64,000 nt of DNA, taken from NCBI GenBank assembly GCA_965223795.1, contig CBDCXL010000002.1, positions 2,176,001-2,240,000 of the forward strand. Direction: 5' to 3'. The position numbers and the translations under genes are program-made. Below, in pieces: positions 29,551 through 39,105 of this stretch; the stretch's first letter is position 1; each line of letters opens with the position of its first letter. The stretch is from Nitrospinales bacterium. GTDB lineage: Bacteria; Nitrospinota; Nitrospinia; Nitrospinales; VA-1. The notes beneath the pieces are model-generated. The model searched no databases. It saw nothing but the letters and a program-made list of their open reading frames with translations, and had not been told where the DNA came from.

Positions 29551-30225
29551 TTGCTCGTCTGGGCCTGGCCCCGGGCTTCTTTTTCCCAGGATCACGCAGA
29601 ACAACGCAAACGCATGGTCGAATTCGACCTCAAGCGGCGCGGTGTGTCCGATCCCGCCGTGCTCAAGGCGATGGCGGCCGTTCCGCGGCACGAGTTCGTC
29701 GAGCCGCGCCACAGAAACCGCGCCTATGGCGATTCCGCGCTGCCTATTCAGGACGGTCAGACCATCTCCCAGCCCTACATCGTTGCCCTCATGACCGAGA
29801 GCGCGCGCATCCAGCCCACCGACAGGGTGCTGGAAGTCGGCACCGGCTCGGGCTACCAGGCGGCGGTGCTGGCGGAAGTGGCGGCGGAGGTGTACACCAT
29901 CGAGATCGTCGCGAACCTGGCGCGGCAGGCGGGCGAGCGGCTGAAGCGGCTGGGCTACGACAACGTGAAAACCCGGCACGGGGACGGCTACCGCGGCTGG
30001 GCGGAGAAGGCGCCGTTCGACGCGATCCTCATCACCGCCGCGGCTCCAAAGATCCCGCAGCCGCTGGTGGACCAGCTCAAGCTCGGCGGACGGCTGGTCA
30101 TGCCGCTGGGCGGGGCGCGGCTGTATCAGAACCTGGTGGTGCTCACCAAAACCGCGAGCGGGCTGGAGAGAAAGCACGTACTCGGCGTGGTGTTCGTGCC
30201 GATGACGGGCGAAGTGCGCGAGTGA
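29551..30225 (+). CDS. pcm: Protein-L-isoaspartate O-methyltransferase (start uncertain)
   Basis: VPRHEFV, QTISQPYIVA, LEVGTGSGYQAA, APFDAI, FVPM. Confidence 0.93.
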   Translation: MLVWAWPRASFSQDHAEQRKRMVEFDLKRRGVSDPAVLKAMAAVPRHEFVEPRHRNRAYGDSALPIQDGQTISQPYIVALMTESARIQPTDRVLEVGTGSGYQAAVLAEVAAEVYTIEIVANLARQAGERLKRLGYDNVKTRHGDGYRGWAEKAPFDAILITAAAPKIPQPLVDQLKLGGRLVMPLGGARLYQNLVVLTKTASGLERKHVLGVVFVPMTGEVRE

Positions 30226-30256
30226 TCCTGCAATCCGGGATTAGAAAGGAGTCAGC

Positions 30257-31060
30257 ATGCAGCGCGAACCGGCGGTGGCAGGGCGGTTCTATCCGGACGA
30301 TGCGGAGGGACTGAAGCGCGAGGTCGCAAAGCACCTTCCGCAGGCGGCCGAAGCCGCGCCGGCGCTGGGGGTGGTGTCGCCGCATGCGGGATTCCTGTAT
30401 TCCGGCGATGCGGCGGGTGCGGTGTACGCCCGCGTTGCCATTCCCGAGACGGTGGTGCTCATCGGGCCCAACCACACGGGCCAGGGCGAGCGCCTGTCGG
30501 TGATGACCGAGGGCCGCTGGAATCTGCCCACGGGAGCGGTGGACATCGACAGCGAGCTCGCCGAGGCGCTGCTCGCCAACGGCCCCCAGCTCCGGCCCGA
30601 TGCGGCGGCGCACAAGAACGAGCATTCGCTGGAAACGCAGATCCCCTTCCTGCAGCATTTCAAACCTGATTTCAAGATCGTTCCCATCTGCATGATGCGC
30701 GCGAGCTACATGGACTGCAAGGCGCTGGCGCGGGCGCTGGTGACCGCGGTGCGGCAGACGGGGCGGCCGGTGCTGGTGGTCGCCAGCTCGGACATGACGC
30801 ATTACGAATCGCATCTCGAAGCCTCGGCGAAGGACAGCAAGGCGATCGAAAAGATCCTCGATCTGGATGCGGCGGGGCTGTTCGAGACGGTGATCAAAAA
30901 CGGCATCAGCATGTGCGGCGTCGGGCCGGTCACCACGATGCTGATCTATGCGCAGACGATGGGTGCCAGCGAGGCTGAGCTGATCCGCTACATGACCTCC
31001 GGCGAGGTGAGCGGCGATATGGACCGCGTCGTCGGCTACGCCGGGATGATCGTGAAGTGA
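30257..31060 (+). CDS. amrB: AmmeMemoRadiSam system protein B (MEMO1 family)
   Basis: PAVAGRFYP, PHAGFLYSG, GPNH, EHSLE, SSDMTHY, MCG, VVGYAG. Confidence 0.92.
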   Translation: MQREPAVAGRFYPDDAEGLKREVAKHLPQAAEAAPALGVVSPHAGFLYSGDAAGAVYARVAIPETVVLIGPNHTGQGERLSVMTEGRWNLPTGAVDIDSELAEALLANGPQLRPDAAAHKNEHSLETQIPFLQHFKPDFKIVPICMMRASYMDCKALARALVTAVRQTGRPVLVVASSDMTHYESHLEASAKDSKAIEKILDLDAAGLFETVIKNGISMCGVGPVTTMLIYAQTMGASEAELIRYMTSGEVSGDMDRVVGYAGMIVK

Positions 31061-31071
31061 TGAAACGCATT

Positions 31072-31219
31072 AGACAGGATGGACAGGATAAAAAAACGGT
31101 CTCGCGCTAAGACGCAAAGACGCAAAGAAAAAGATTCAGACAGGATTAACAGGATAAAGGCGAGGACGATAAAAGCAAAAGATTGATTAACCGCAAAGAC
31201 GCAAAGGACGCAAAGAAAA
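31072..31219 (+). repeat. Composite repeat array, left flank of locus 2 (A-B-A-D)
   Basis: A 31072-31093; B 31098-31131; A 31138-31159; D 31190-31219 identical to D at 12646-12675. Confidence 0.9.
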
Positions 31220-31224
31220 GCAAA

Positions 31225-31605
31225 ATGGATGGTAGAGAAAAATCAGCAGAAAAATTTCTGCATCAACTGATTTCCCTATGGCCGGGCACTTCCTGCCAAG
31301 ATCCAAAAAGCTATTTTTCTACAGTTTCAGGTTTTGTCTCTCAGGATTTTGATCGATTGGATTTATTAAATAAAATCGACAAAATCTTGAGCATTGAAAA
31401 AGTGATTGCTGGTGAAAACCATAATCTGATTTTTGAGTTTCTGGATACTGCGCAGTATCCTTATCGAGCGGAATTGATTGAAATATCCAAGGATGAGTGG
31501 AGATTGCAATCCCTTAAGGAATGGTGCCCAGTCTGTTTCGGTTCCGGGATCAATATGGAAAAAGAATGCACGATTTGCGGAGGAGTGGGTTGGGGCGTCT
31601 CTTGA
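31225..31605 (+). CDS. AT-rich hypothetical protein with C-terminal CxxCxGxG zinc-finger pair (cassette 2)
   Basis: CPVCFGSG...CTICGGVG; AT-rich codons; ATG 5 nt after repeat D. Confidence 0.7.
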   Translation: MDGREKSAEKFLHQLISLWPGTSCQDPKSYFSTVSGFVSQDFDRLDLLNKIDKILSIEKVIAGENHNLIFEFLDTAQYPYRAELIEISKDEWRLQSLKEWCPVCFGSGINMEKECTICGGVGWGVS

Positions 31606-31637
31606 AAGAGAGGTTTACTTTCTAAAGGATTGCAAAA

Positions 31638-31746
31638 ATCCTAATTTTCCTGTTATCCCTTCCATTTCTTTCCTTTGCGTCTTCGCGTCTTTGCGCGAGG
31701 CCGCTTTGTTTTTTCTCCGCCTTTTATCCTGTCATCCCGTCCCGCC
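31638..31746 (-). repeat. Inverted composite repeat array, right flank of locus 2 (degenerate A', B', A')
   Basis: B' 31669-31704 differs by one base from the reverse complement of B at about 12550-12585; A' TTTTATCCTGTCATCCCGTC from 31722. Confidence 0.88.
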
Positions 31747-31748
31747 TT

Positions 31749-32132
31749 TCAATCCTCCGGGTATTCCATCAATTCGATTTCGTATTTGTCCGGGTCTTCG
31801 GTGAAGATGAACTTGGTGCCGCTGGAGGTTGTGATGGGGCCTTCGGTGATGGGGACGCCCGCCTGTTTGAGTTTGTCCATGCAGGCGTCGAGGTCGTCGA
31901 CCTGAAACGCCAGGTGCACGAGATCCTCGGGAACATCGACGCTGCCGCTTTCGGGAAAGGCGCACAGTTCGATCTCGCTGCCGGTGCCGGGCGCTTCCAG
32001 AAACGCCAGCTTCGAGCCGCGCGGCGAGGTTTTCTGCTCGGTGAGCTTGAGCCCCAGCACCTGTGTGTAAAAGTGCAGGGATTTTTCCATGTCGGCGACG
32101 CGGAAACGGGTGTGCAAATATTTTCGAATCAT
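31749..32132 (-). CDS. gloA: Lactoylglutathione lyase (glyoxalase I, VOC family)
   Basis: YLHTRFRV, FYTQVLG, HLAFQVDD, EDPDKYEIEL. Confidence 0.82.
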   Translation of the reverse strand: MIRKYLHTRFRVADMEKSLHFYTQVLGLKLTEQKTSPRGSKLAFLEAPGTGSEIELCAFPESGSVDVPEDLVHLAFQVDDLDACMDKLKQAGVPITEGPITTSSGTKFIFTEDPDKYEIELMEYPED

Positions 32133-32320
32133 CGTTCTATGACACTGTGCGGCCGCAGGGGCGTTGGGTTTTGCCAGCCCGGTTGCAACGGCCTCAGATG
32201 TTTTCGGATCATCGTTCTATGAGGATATGCGCTGACTTGAGCGTTGCGTTTCGCAATCCGGATTGCAACGACCGCAATTCTGTTCGTATCCTGTTTTCCT
32301 GACTCTGTGCCGCCATGGGC
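32121..32320. repeat. 80-bp tandem repeat (2 good copies plus a degenerate partial) over the gloA start/leader
   Basis: TTTTCGAATCATCGTTCTATGA at 32121, TTTTCGGATCATCGTTCTATGA at 32201, degenerate copy at 32281; GCGTTG and TTGCAACG recur at about 80-bp spacing. Confidence 0.8.
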
Positions 32321-32329
32321 CGGTGCCCA

Positions 32330-33712
32330 TCACAAGCCGGGATCGAATTTCACATCGGGCGCGAATTGCTTTAGGGGTTTCTGCACCAGCGCAACGATCT
32401 CTTTCAGCCGCTCCTGGGTGTTGGCTTCGAAGCGCAGCACCAGCACGGGCTGGGTGTTGGACGCGCGGATCAGCGCCCAGCCGTCGTCCAGGTTGATGCG
32501 CACGCCGTCGATGTCCACCACGTCGTATTTTTCGCGGAAGTGCTCGGTCATCTGCTTGACGATCTTGAATTTCTTATCGTCCGGGCAGTCGGTGCGGATC
32601 TCCGGCGTGTAGGCGGTCACGGGCACGTCGGCCAGCATCTGCGACAGTTTTTGCTTGGAGGTGGCCACGATCTCGAGGATGCGGCAGGCGGCGTAGATGG
32701 CGTCGTCGAAACCGTAATAGTTGTCGGCGAAACAGACGTGGCCGCTCATCTCGCCGGCGAGCAGGGCGCCGGTCTCTTTCATGCGCTTTTTGATGAGCGA
32801 GTGGCCAGCGGCGGACATGACCGGCGTACCGCCTTTCTGTCTGATGTCGTTGAACAGGTTCTGCGAGCACTTCACTTCGCCGACGACGGTGGCGCCGGGA
32901 TGTTTGGCGAGCAGGTCGCGCGCCAGCAGGATGAGCAGGTGGTCGCCCCAGATGATGCCGCCCTGCTCGTCCACCAGACCGATGCGGTCGGCGTCGCCGT
33001 CGAAGCCGATGCCCAGTTCCGCTTTCTCTTCTTTCACGCGCGCGATCAGGTCCTGCAGATTTTTTTCGACGGTGGGGTCGGGATGGTGGTTGGGGAAGCT
33101 GCCGTCGGGCTCGCAGTACAACTCGACCACGTCCATGCCCAGCCGCTTGAGCAGCTGCGGGCCGACGATGCCGAAGCAGCCGTTGCCGCCGTCGGCCACG
33201 ACTTTCACCTTGCGGGGGATTTGAATCACGCTCGCGATTTTGTCCATGTAAGCCTGCTTCACTTCTTTTTCATCCTGGGAACCGCTGCCGGTCTCAAAAT
33301 CGCCTTTTTCGATGAGGCCGCGCAGCTCCTGAATCTTTTCGCCGTACAGACTGTTCTTGCCGTGGCTGATCTTGAAGCCGTTGAACTCGGACGGATTGTG
33401 GGAGCCGGTGATCATCACGCCGCCGTCGGGTTCCAGGTGGTGCAGGGCGAAGTAGGCGACCGGCGTGGGCACCATGCCGATGTCGGTGACGTCGAGGCCG
33501 GTCGAAAGCAGTCCCTTGGTGACCGCGTCGCGGAAGTCCACCGAGCTTGCGCGCATGTCGCGGCCGACGGTGAAGGTTTTGCCGCCCTGCCTGCGGATGT
33601 AGGTGCCGATGGCTTTGCCGATCACCTCGACGGTGTCGGCGTTGAGGTCGCGGCCCACGATGCCGCGGATGTCGTACTCGCGAAAGATATCCGGATTGAT
33701 GGTCTTGATCAT
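32330..33712 (-). CDS. algC: Phosphomannomutase/phosphoglucomutase
   Basis: FREYDIRG, ITGSHNP, FDGDADR, GEMSGH, RASNT. Confidence 0.93.
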   Translation of the reverse strand: MIKTINPDIFREYDIRGIVGRDLNADTVEVIGKAIGTYIRRQGGKTFTVGRDMRASSVDFRDAVTKGLLSTGLDVTDIGMVPTPVAYFALHHLEPDGGVMITGSHNPSEFNGFKISHGKNSLYGEKIQELRGLIEKGDFETGSGSQDEKEVKQAYMDKIASVIQIPRKVKVVADGGNGCFGIVGPQLLKRLGMDVVELYCEPDGSFPNHHPDPTVEKNLQDLIARVKEEKAELGIGFDGDADRIGLVDEQGGIIWGDHLLILLARDLLAKHPGATVVGEVKCSQNLFNDIRQKGGTPVMSAAGHSLIKKRMKETGALLAGEMSGHVCFADNYYGFDDAIYAACRILEIVATSKQKLSQMLADVPVTAYTPEIRTDCPDDKKFKIVKQMTEHFREKYDVVDIDGVRINLDDGWALIRASNTQPVLVLRFEANTQERLKEIVALVQKPLKQFAPDVKFDPGL

Positions 33713-33994
33713 GGTTCCTCTGAATGTGAGCGGATGGGACGTTTTTCACACAAGGATAAGCGAATCCCCGGTGGAGTGCAACGCGGGTTTTTGCTCCGGG
33801 GCCGCGCCGGGATGCGTGTGACGGAGCGGCCGGAAGCCTGATATTCCGCGCCGGGGGCGCGCGCCGCCAGTCTGGAAGCGGGAAAGCGCTAGGGGGGGAT
33901 GAATTTGTATGGTACCATTTAAAGATAGCGTTTTCATCTTCGTGGCTGCTTTCCGTTTGAATTCTGTTAGCGTTTCCCGTTTCCGGAGCTTCCC

Positions 33995-35524
33995 GTGAAA
34001 ATCTGTCTGGTCGAGCCGTCCAAATTCGTCTCGCTCACCAATTTCGTGTCCACCATCAGCATGCCGCCCATCGGCCTGGCGTACATCGCCGCGGCGCTGC
34101 GCGAGGCGGGGCACGAGGTGTGCGTGGTGGACGGGCCGGGTTCGGCGCCGAGGCATTTTTTCAAATTCAAGGACGTGCGCATCCGCGGCCTCACCGATGA
34201 AGACATCGTCGCGCGCATTCCCAAAGACACGGAGATCATCGGCCTGGGCTGCATGTTCACCTCGCACTGGGTGTACGTGCGCGGACTGGTCGAACGCATC
34301 CGCGCCGCGTTTCCCGACGCGCGGCTGATGATGGGCGGCGAGCACGTCACCGGATTTCCGGAGTTTTCTCTGGACGGCGCGCCGCTGGACGCGGTGGTGC
34401 TGGGCGAAGGCGAGGAAACGGCGGTGGAACTGGTGGATCACTGGCGGCGCGGCGCGCCGCTGGATGCGCTCGCGGGCATCGCCTACCGCGACGCGGACGG
34501 CGCGGTGCGGGTGAACCCCAGGCGGCGGCGCATGCGCGACATCGACGCGATCGCCTGGCCGGCGTGGGACCTGTTCGACATCGAGGGCTACAACCAGGTG
34601 AACCAGCCGCACGGGGCGTCGCAGGGAAACTTCATGCCCATGCTGGCGACACGCGGATGCCCGTTCTCCTGCACGTTCTGCACGAGCCCGAATATGTGGA
34701 CGACGGAGTGGATTCCGCGCAATCACAAGCTGGTTGTGGATGAGATGCAAACCTACATGCGCCGGTACGGCACGACGGATTTTCAGTTCGAGGACCTCAC
34801 CGCCATCGTGCGCAAACAATGGATCAGCGATTTCTGCGATGAGATCGTGGCGCGGGGATTGAAGATCACGTTTCAGCTGCCTTCGGGCACGCGCAGCGAG
34901 GGCATCGATTTTGAGGTGGCGAAAAAGCTGAAAGCGGCGGGCTGCCACGAATTCGCGTTCGCGCCGGAATCGGGCGACCCCAGGGTGCTCAAGGCGATCA
35001 AGAAAAAAGTGCACCTGCCGACGATGTTCGAATCGGCGCAGGCGGCGCTCAAGGCGGGCATCAACGTGGGCTGCTTTTTCATCATCGGCTTTCCCGAGGA
35101 CGACACCAAAAGCGTGCTGCGCACCTACGGCGCCATCGTCAAGTGCGGCTGGCTGGGCCTGACCAACGTCAACCTGAACGCCTATTCGCCGCAGCCCAAC
35201 ACGGAGTCCTTCAATCAGCTGCGCAAGGACGGGGTCATCACCGAATTGTCGGACGAATACCTGATGAGCCTGTTCACGTTTCAGGATTTCGGCGCCAAGA
35301 AAACGTCCTACAACCCCCGGTTCGGCGACTGGCAGCTCTCGTTTCTGGTGACGTTCGGGGTGTTTCTGTTCTACTCGGTGTACTTCGTGCGCAAACCGAA
35401 ACGCATCGTGCAATTGTTCACCGATCTCTTCACCGCCTCATCCAGCAACAAGAGCACCAAGATGGCGAAATCCTTCCTGAAAGACGCGTTCACGGTGATG
35501 AAAAACAAATGGAGCCGCGCCTGA
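33995..35524 (+). CDS. Cobalamin-binding radical SAM protein
   Basis: PPIGLAYIAA, GGEH, GEGE, TRGCPFSCTFC. Confidence 0.92.
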   Translation: MKICLVEPSKFVSLTNFVSTISMPPIGLAYIAAALREAGHEVCVVDGPGSAPRHFFKFKDVRIRGLTDEDIVARIPKDTEIIGLGCMFTSHWVYVRGLVERIRAAFPDARLMMGGEHVTGFPEFSLDGAPLDAVVLGEGEETAVELVDHWRRGAPLDALAGIAYRDADGAVRVNPRRRRMRDIDAIAWPAWDLFDIEGYNQVNQPHGASQGNFMPMLATRGCPFSCTFCTSPNMWTTEWIPRNHKLVVDEMQTYMRRYGTTDFQFEDLTAIVRKQWISDFCDEIVARGLKITFQLPSGTRSEGIDFEVAKKLKAAGCHEFAFAPESGDPRVLKAIKKKVHLPTMFESAQAALKAGINVGCFFIIGFPEDDTKSVLRTYGAIVKCGWLGLTNVNLNAYSPQPNTESFNQLRKDGVITELSDEYLMSLFTFQDFGAKKTSYNPRFGDWQLSFLVTFGVFLFYSVYFVRKPKRIVQLFTDLFTASSSNKSTKMAKSFLKDAFTVMKNKWSRA

Positions 35525-35527
35525 AGC

Positions 35528-35845
35528 TCAGCCGCTCCAGTTGCCGAGGTACAACGCGGCGAGCAGCATCACCATGCCCAGCCAGACATTGCGGGCGAGT
35601 CCCTGAACGTACTTGAAGTCTTCGAACTCTTCCCGCGTCTTGTTTTCCCGGTCGAACAGAATGTAGTCGATGACGAACGCCACGGGCGGCAGCACGGTCC
35701 AGGCGCCGAGAATGGTCTGGTGCGGACAATCGGTGATGTGCGAACGCACTGTGTACAGGATGCCCAGCACCATGAGGGTGGGCAGAAACGCTTTGCTGAT
35801 TTTGGCGCGGGTTCCCGGCTTTGCCGCGGCGATCTGTGTGCTCAT
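35528..35845 (-). CDS. Small hypothetical membrane protein
   Basis: 105 aa, three hydrophobic segments, GGAG SD. Confidence 0.6.
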   Translation of the reverse strand: MSTQIAAAKPGTRAKISKAFLPTLMVLGILYTVRSHITDCPHQTILGAWTVLPPVAFVIDYILFDRENKTREEFEDFKYVQGLARNVWLGMVMLLAALYLGNWSG

Positions 35846-36087
35846 GTCGATGCTCTCCCAATCATCATGGAGTCGGTTGCGATACTCGAGGCGGCCGCAT
35901 TCGCAGAGGCGGCGGCCTTATAAACCATCCTAGCGCGTCGCCCGCGCAAATTCCAGAGGGATCGGCCGGTGTGACTTTTGCGATGGGAATCGCCGGGGCC
36001 AGACCGTATAATTGCCTCGTCGCCTCTCGCCGAGGCCACGATGCGGCTTGCCTATCATATTGATTTTAAGATGGATCGGGTGAACGG

Positions 36088-37632
36088 ATGGACGGGATAC
36101 CGATGAACAGCGCCGCGCGCCGCAGCCGGCAGCTTGCGGATTCCTTGCAAAAGCAGGAAGCGCTGCGCGCCGCCTACTGGAAGCGCAAGGACCGGTTCCT
36201 GCCGCAGCGGCTGGAATGGCGGGCGCGCATGGTGCGGCACCTGTTTCACCTGCTGCCGGGCGAGAGCATCCTGGAGGTGGGCTGCGGCTCGCTGGAGTGG
36301 ACGCAGGAAATCTCCCGTTCCAACGGCGGCCGCAATCCCATCTGCGCGGCCACGTTCAACGGCGCGGGCGGCGCGTCGTCAACGGTTCCTCATATCGAGA
36401 CGGTGCACCTCGATGCGTTTCCCGGAGAGCTGGCCGGGCGGCGGTTCGATTTCATCGTCGGCTGGAACCTGCTCACGCAGGAAAACTGCGCGCCGTTTCT
36501 CAAGGAAGCCAAGCAGCTTCTAAATCCCGGCGGGCAGATCCTGCTGTTCGACTGGAATCCCTGGAATCCCTATTACGTGCTGCGGCGCGGCCTTGCGCGG
36601 CTGTTTCCCTTTCTGAGAAAGGACGACCGGGCGGGCCGCCCGATCAACCGCATCGACCTGTTCACGATCCTCTCGGAAGTGGGCTATGTGGGGATCAAGA
36701 TCCTGCCTTACGATTTCGTGTTTCCCCTCATTCCCCGGTTCCTGTTGTGGCCGATGCAGAACCTCAGCCTCATCTTCGAGAATTTTCCCTACTTCCGCAA
36801 TTTCGCCGGGTCGCTGTACCTGAACGCGCAGAAGCCGCCGCACGAAGGCTGGATGCGGTCGCGCACCGACCTGACCGTGCACGACGGCTTCAAAAACCGG
36901 GTCTCGGTGGTGGTGCCCTGCCACAACGAAGAGGACAACGTTTCCGCCCTGGTGGAAAATCTCAAAGCCTGCTACGGGGAATACCTCAGGGAAGTGATTC
37001 TGGTCGACGACAACAGCACCGACGACACCGCAAAGGTGGTGGAAGCGCTCGGAAGGGAGGACGCGCGCATCCGCCTGGTGAAGCGCAGCCAGCCCAACGG
37101 GGTGGGGCGGGCGCTGCGGGACGGATTCGAAGCGGTGCGCGGCGACTACGTGCTGATGATGGACTGCGATTTCCAGCACATCCTGCCGGAGCTCACCGGC
37201 CTGTTCGACGCGGTGGCGGCGGGGGCGGACGTGGCCATCGGCAGCCGGTTTTCGCGCAAGAGCGTGCTGCTCAATTACGCGTTCACCAAGATCCTCGCCA
37301 ACCGCGGCTTTCACATTCTGGCGAACCTGGCGCTGGGCCGGCATTTCCGCGACGCGACCAACAACCTCAAGCTGATGCGTAAGGAAGTGCTGGACAAGAT
37401 CCGCATCGAATCGGACGATTTCGCGGCCAACGCGGAAACGGGCCTGCAGCCCATCATCCTGGGATACAAGGTGTGCGAGGTGCCGATCTCCTGGATCAAC
37501 CGGTCGGTGGACATGGGGTTTTCCAGCTTCAGCCTGCTTAAGACCGGGCCCAACTACCTGCGCGTGCTGTTTCGCCTGATCTGGCGCAAATGGTTCAGGA
37601 AGGAAATCGTGCCCCAGCCCGCGGGAAAGTGA
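36088..37632 (+). CDS. Fused class I SAM methyltransferase-like domain / GT2 glycosyltransferase
   Basis: ILEVGCG in the N-terminal half; VVVPCHNE, VDDNSTD, MDCDFQH (DPM1-like) in the C-terminal half. Confidence 0.88.
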   Translation: MDGIPMNSAARRSRQLADSLQKQEALRAAYWKRKDRFLPQRLEWRARMVRHLFHLLPGESILEVGCGSLEWTQEISRSNGGRNPICAATFNGAGGASSTVPHIETVHLDAFPGELAGRRFDFIVGWNLLTQENCAPFLKEAKQLLNPGGQILLFDWNPWNPYYVLRRGLARLFPFLRKDDRAGRPINRIDLFTILSEVGYVGIKILPYDFVFPLIPRFLLWPMQNLSLIFENFPYFRNFAGSLYLNAQKPPHEGWMRSRTDLTVHDGFKNRVSVVVPCHNEEDNVSALVENLKACYGEYLREVILVDDNSTDDTAKVVEALGREDARIRLVKRSQPNGVGRALRDGFEAVRGDYVLMMDCDFQHILPELTGLFDAVAAGADVAIGSRFSRKSVLLNYAFTKILANRGFHILANLALGRHFRDATNNLKLMRKEVLDKIRIESDDFAANAETGLQPIILGYKVCEVPISWINRSVDMGFSSFSLLKTGPNYLRVLFRLIWRKWFRKEIVPQPAGK

Positions 37633-37662
37633 TAGCGTGGGCCGCCGTGCAGTGGACGCGAT

Positions 37663-38943
37663 TCACGAGCCGGACGCATCGCCGGATTGCCGCTGCGTCA
37701 GGGTGCTGGTGATGTCCAGGCGGCGGCCGTCGCGCAGAACGGTGAGCTGGATTTTTTTCCCCGGCGTGAGCCCGAGCAGTTTGCGGCGGAAGACGACGAA
37801 ATTCGTGATCGACTGACGGTTGAGCTTCAACAGGATGTCACCCGCTTTCAGTCCGGATTGTTCCGCCGGGCTGCCCGCCTCCACTTCGCGTATCCTGAGC
37901 GCCGCGCCGCCCGCGGTGTTCTGCTCCGCCGCTTCCTCTTCGGTGAGCGCCGTCGCCTTGATCCCCAGCCAGCCCCGCTCGGGCTGGCCCAGCACCAGCA
38001 TGGGCATCACTTCCTTCACGGTGTTGACCGGAACCGCGAAGCCGATCAGCTGCGCTTCGGAAACGATGGCGGTGTTGATGCCCACCACCTCGCCGTGGAA
38101 GTTGAGCAGCGGGCCGCCGCTGCTGCCGGGGTTGATGGCGGAATCGGTCTGGATGAAGTCGGCGTATTTGTCGTTGGAGAGCGGCGACACGCGCTCCTTG
38201 GCGCTGATGAGGCCCGAAGTCACGGTGTGCGTGAGGCCCAGCGGATTGCCGATGGCGAGCACCATCTCGCCCATCCTGAGGCGGTCGGAATCGCCCAGCG
38301 GCAGCACGGTGAGCGGGTGGTCGGGCTCGATCTTGATGAGCGCCGAATCGGTGAGCCGGTCGATGCCGATGATGGTGGCGGGGTATTGCCTTTGACTTTC
38401 CGCCAGCACGATGCGGATGTCGAGCGCGTTCAGGATGACGTGCGCGTTGGTGAGGATGTAGCCTTCCTGGTTGATGATAAATCCCGAACCGAGACTCAGG
38501 CCTTCGGTGTTGAACGGGATCGGCACCTGAAAGGGCACGACCTCGAACAGGGTGGACAGGAAGGGGATCTTGATGGGCAACAGATCGTTCGGCGCGATGC
38601 CGAACTTGACGTCCCGCTCTTCCAGGCGCAGGGTGTAGATGTTGACGACACCGGCTTTGACCCGATCGGTGAGGCGGGCAAACGATTCGCTGTGCAGCGG
38701 GACCGGTTTTCTCGCGCCGTGAATGTTCGTTTTCTCGACCCAGAAATTGGTGAGATTGAGCTGATCGAAGGTGATTTCCTGAAACCGCTTGTCGAAAATG
38801 GGCGCTTCTTTTTCGACCAGCGATTCGGTGGTTTCCTTGGGATGCTTGGAAACCGTACAGGCGCAAACAATCAGAATGAACAGAAAAACCGGAAATCGCG
38901 GTGCCGGCGTGGATGAAAGGCGGGAGCAGGGGTTTGGGGGCAT
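37663..38943 (-). CDS. HtrA/DegS-family serine protease, one PDZ domain, probable lipoprotein
   Basis: GSGFII, TNAHV, FIQTDSAINPGSSGGPL, PDZ with GSPAEQSGL. Confidence 0.92.
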   Translation of the reverse strand: MPPNPCSRLSSTPAPRFPVFLFILIVCACTVSKHPKETTESLVEKEAPIFDKRFQEITFDQLNLTNFWVEKTNIHGARKPVPLHSESFARLTDRVKAGVVNIYTLRLEERDVKFGIAPNDLLPIKIPFLSTLFEVVPFQVPIPFNTEGLSLGSGFIINQEGYILTNAHVILNALDIRIVLAESQRQYPATIIGIDRLTDSALIKIEPDHPLTVLPLGDSDRLRMGEMVLAIGNPLGLTHTVTSGLISAKERVSPLSNDKYADFIQTDSAINPGSSGGPLLNFHGEVVGINTAIVSEAQLIGFAVPVNTVKEVMPMLVLGQPERGWLGIKATALTEEEAAEQNTAGGAALRIREVEAGSPAEQSGLKAGDILLKLNRQSITNFVVFRRKLLGLTPGKKIQLTVLRDGRRLDITSTLTQRQSGDASGS

Positions 38944-39105
38944 CGGCGTTTCCTTTACAATCGGGAGTCCGGCCTTGATGGCTGGGACGTTCCCGAAAAG
39001 GATTTTAAGTGGACCTCCAATGATTCGATATTTCTTAGACAGGCAACGGGCGGCGCTTTATTTCATGTGGGGCGCTGGTGGCCGAACGCGTTTTTAGAGA
39101 AGTTC

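Noticed and set aside
38110..38135. HtrA GSSGG instead of GNSGG as an inactive protease
   Set aside because: The catalytic Ser, His and Asp are all still present
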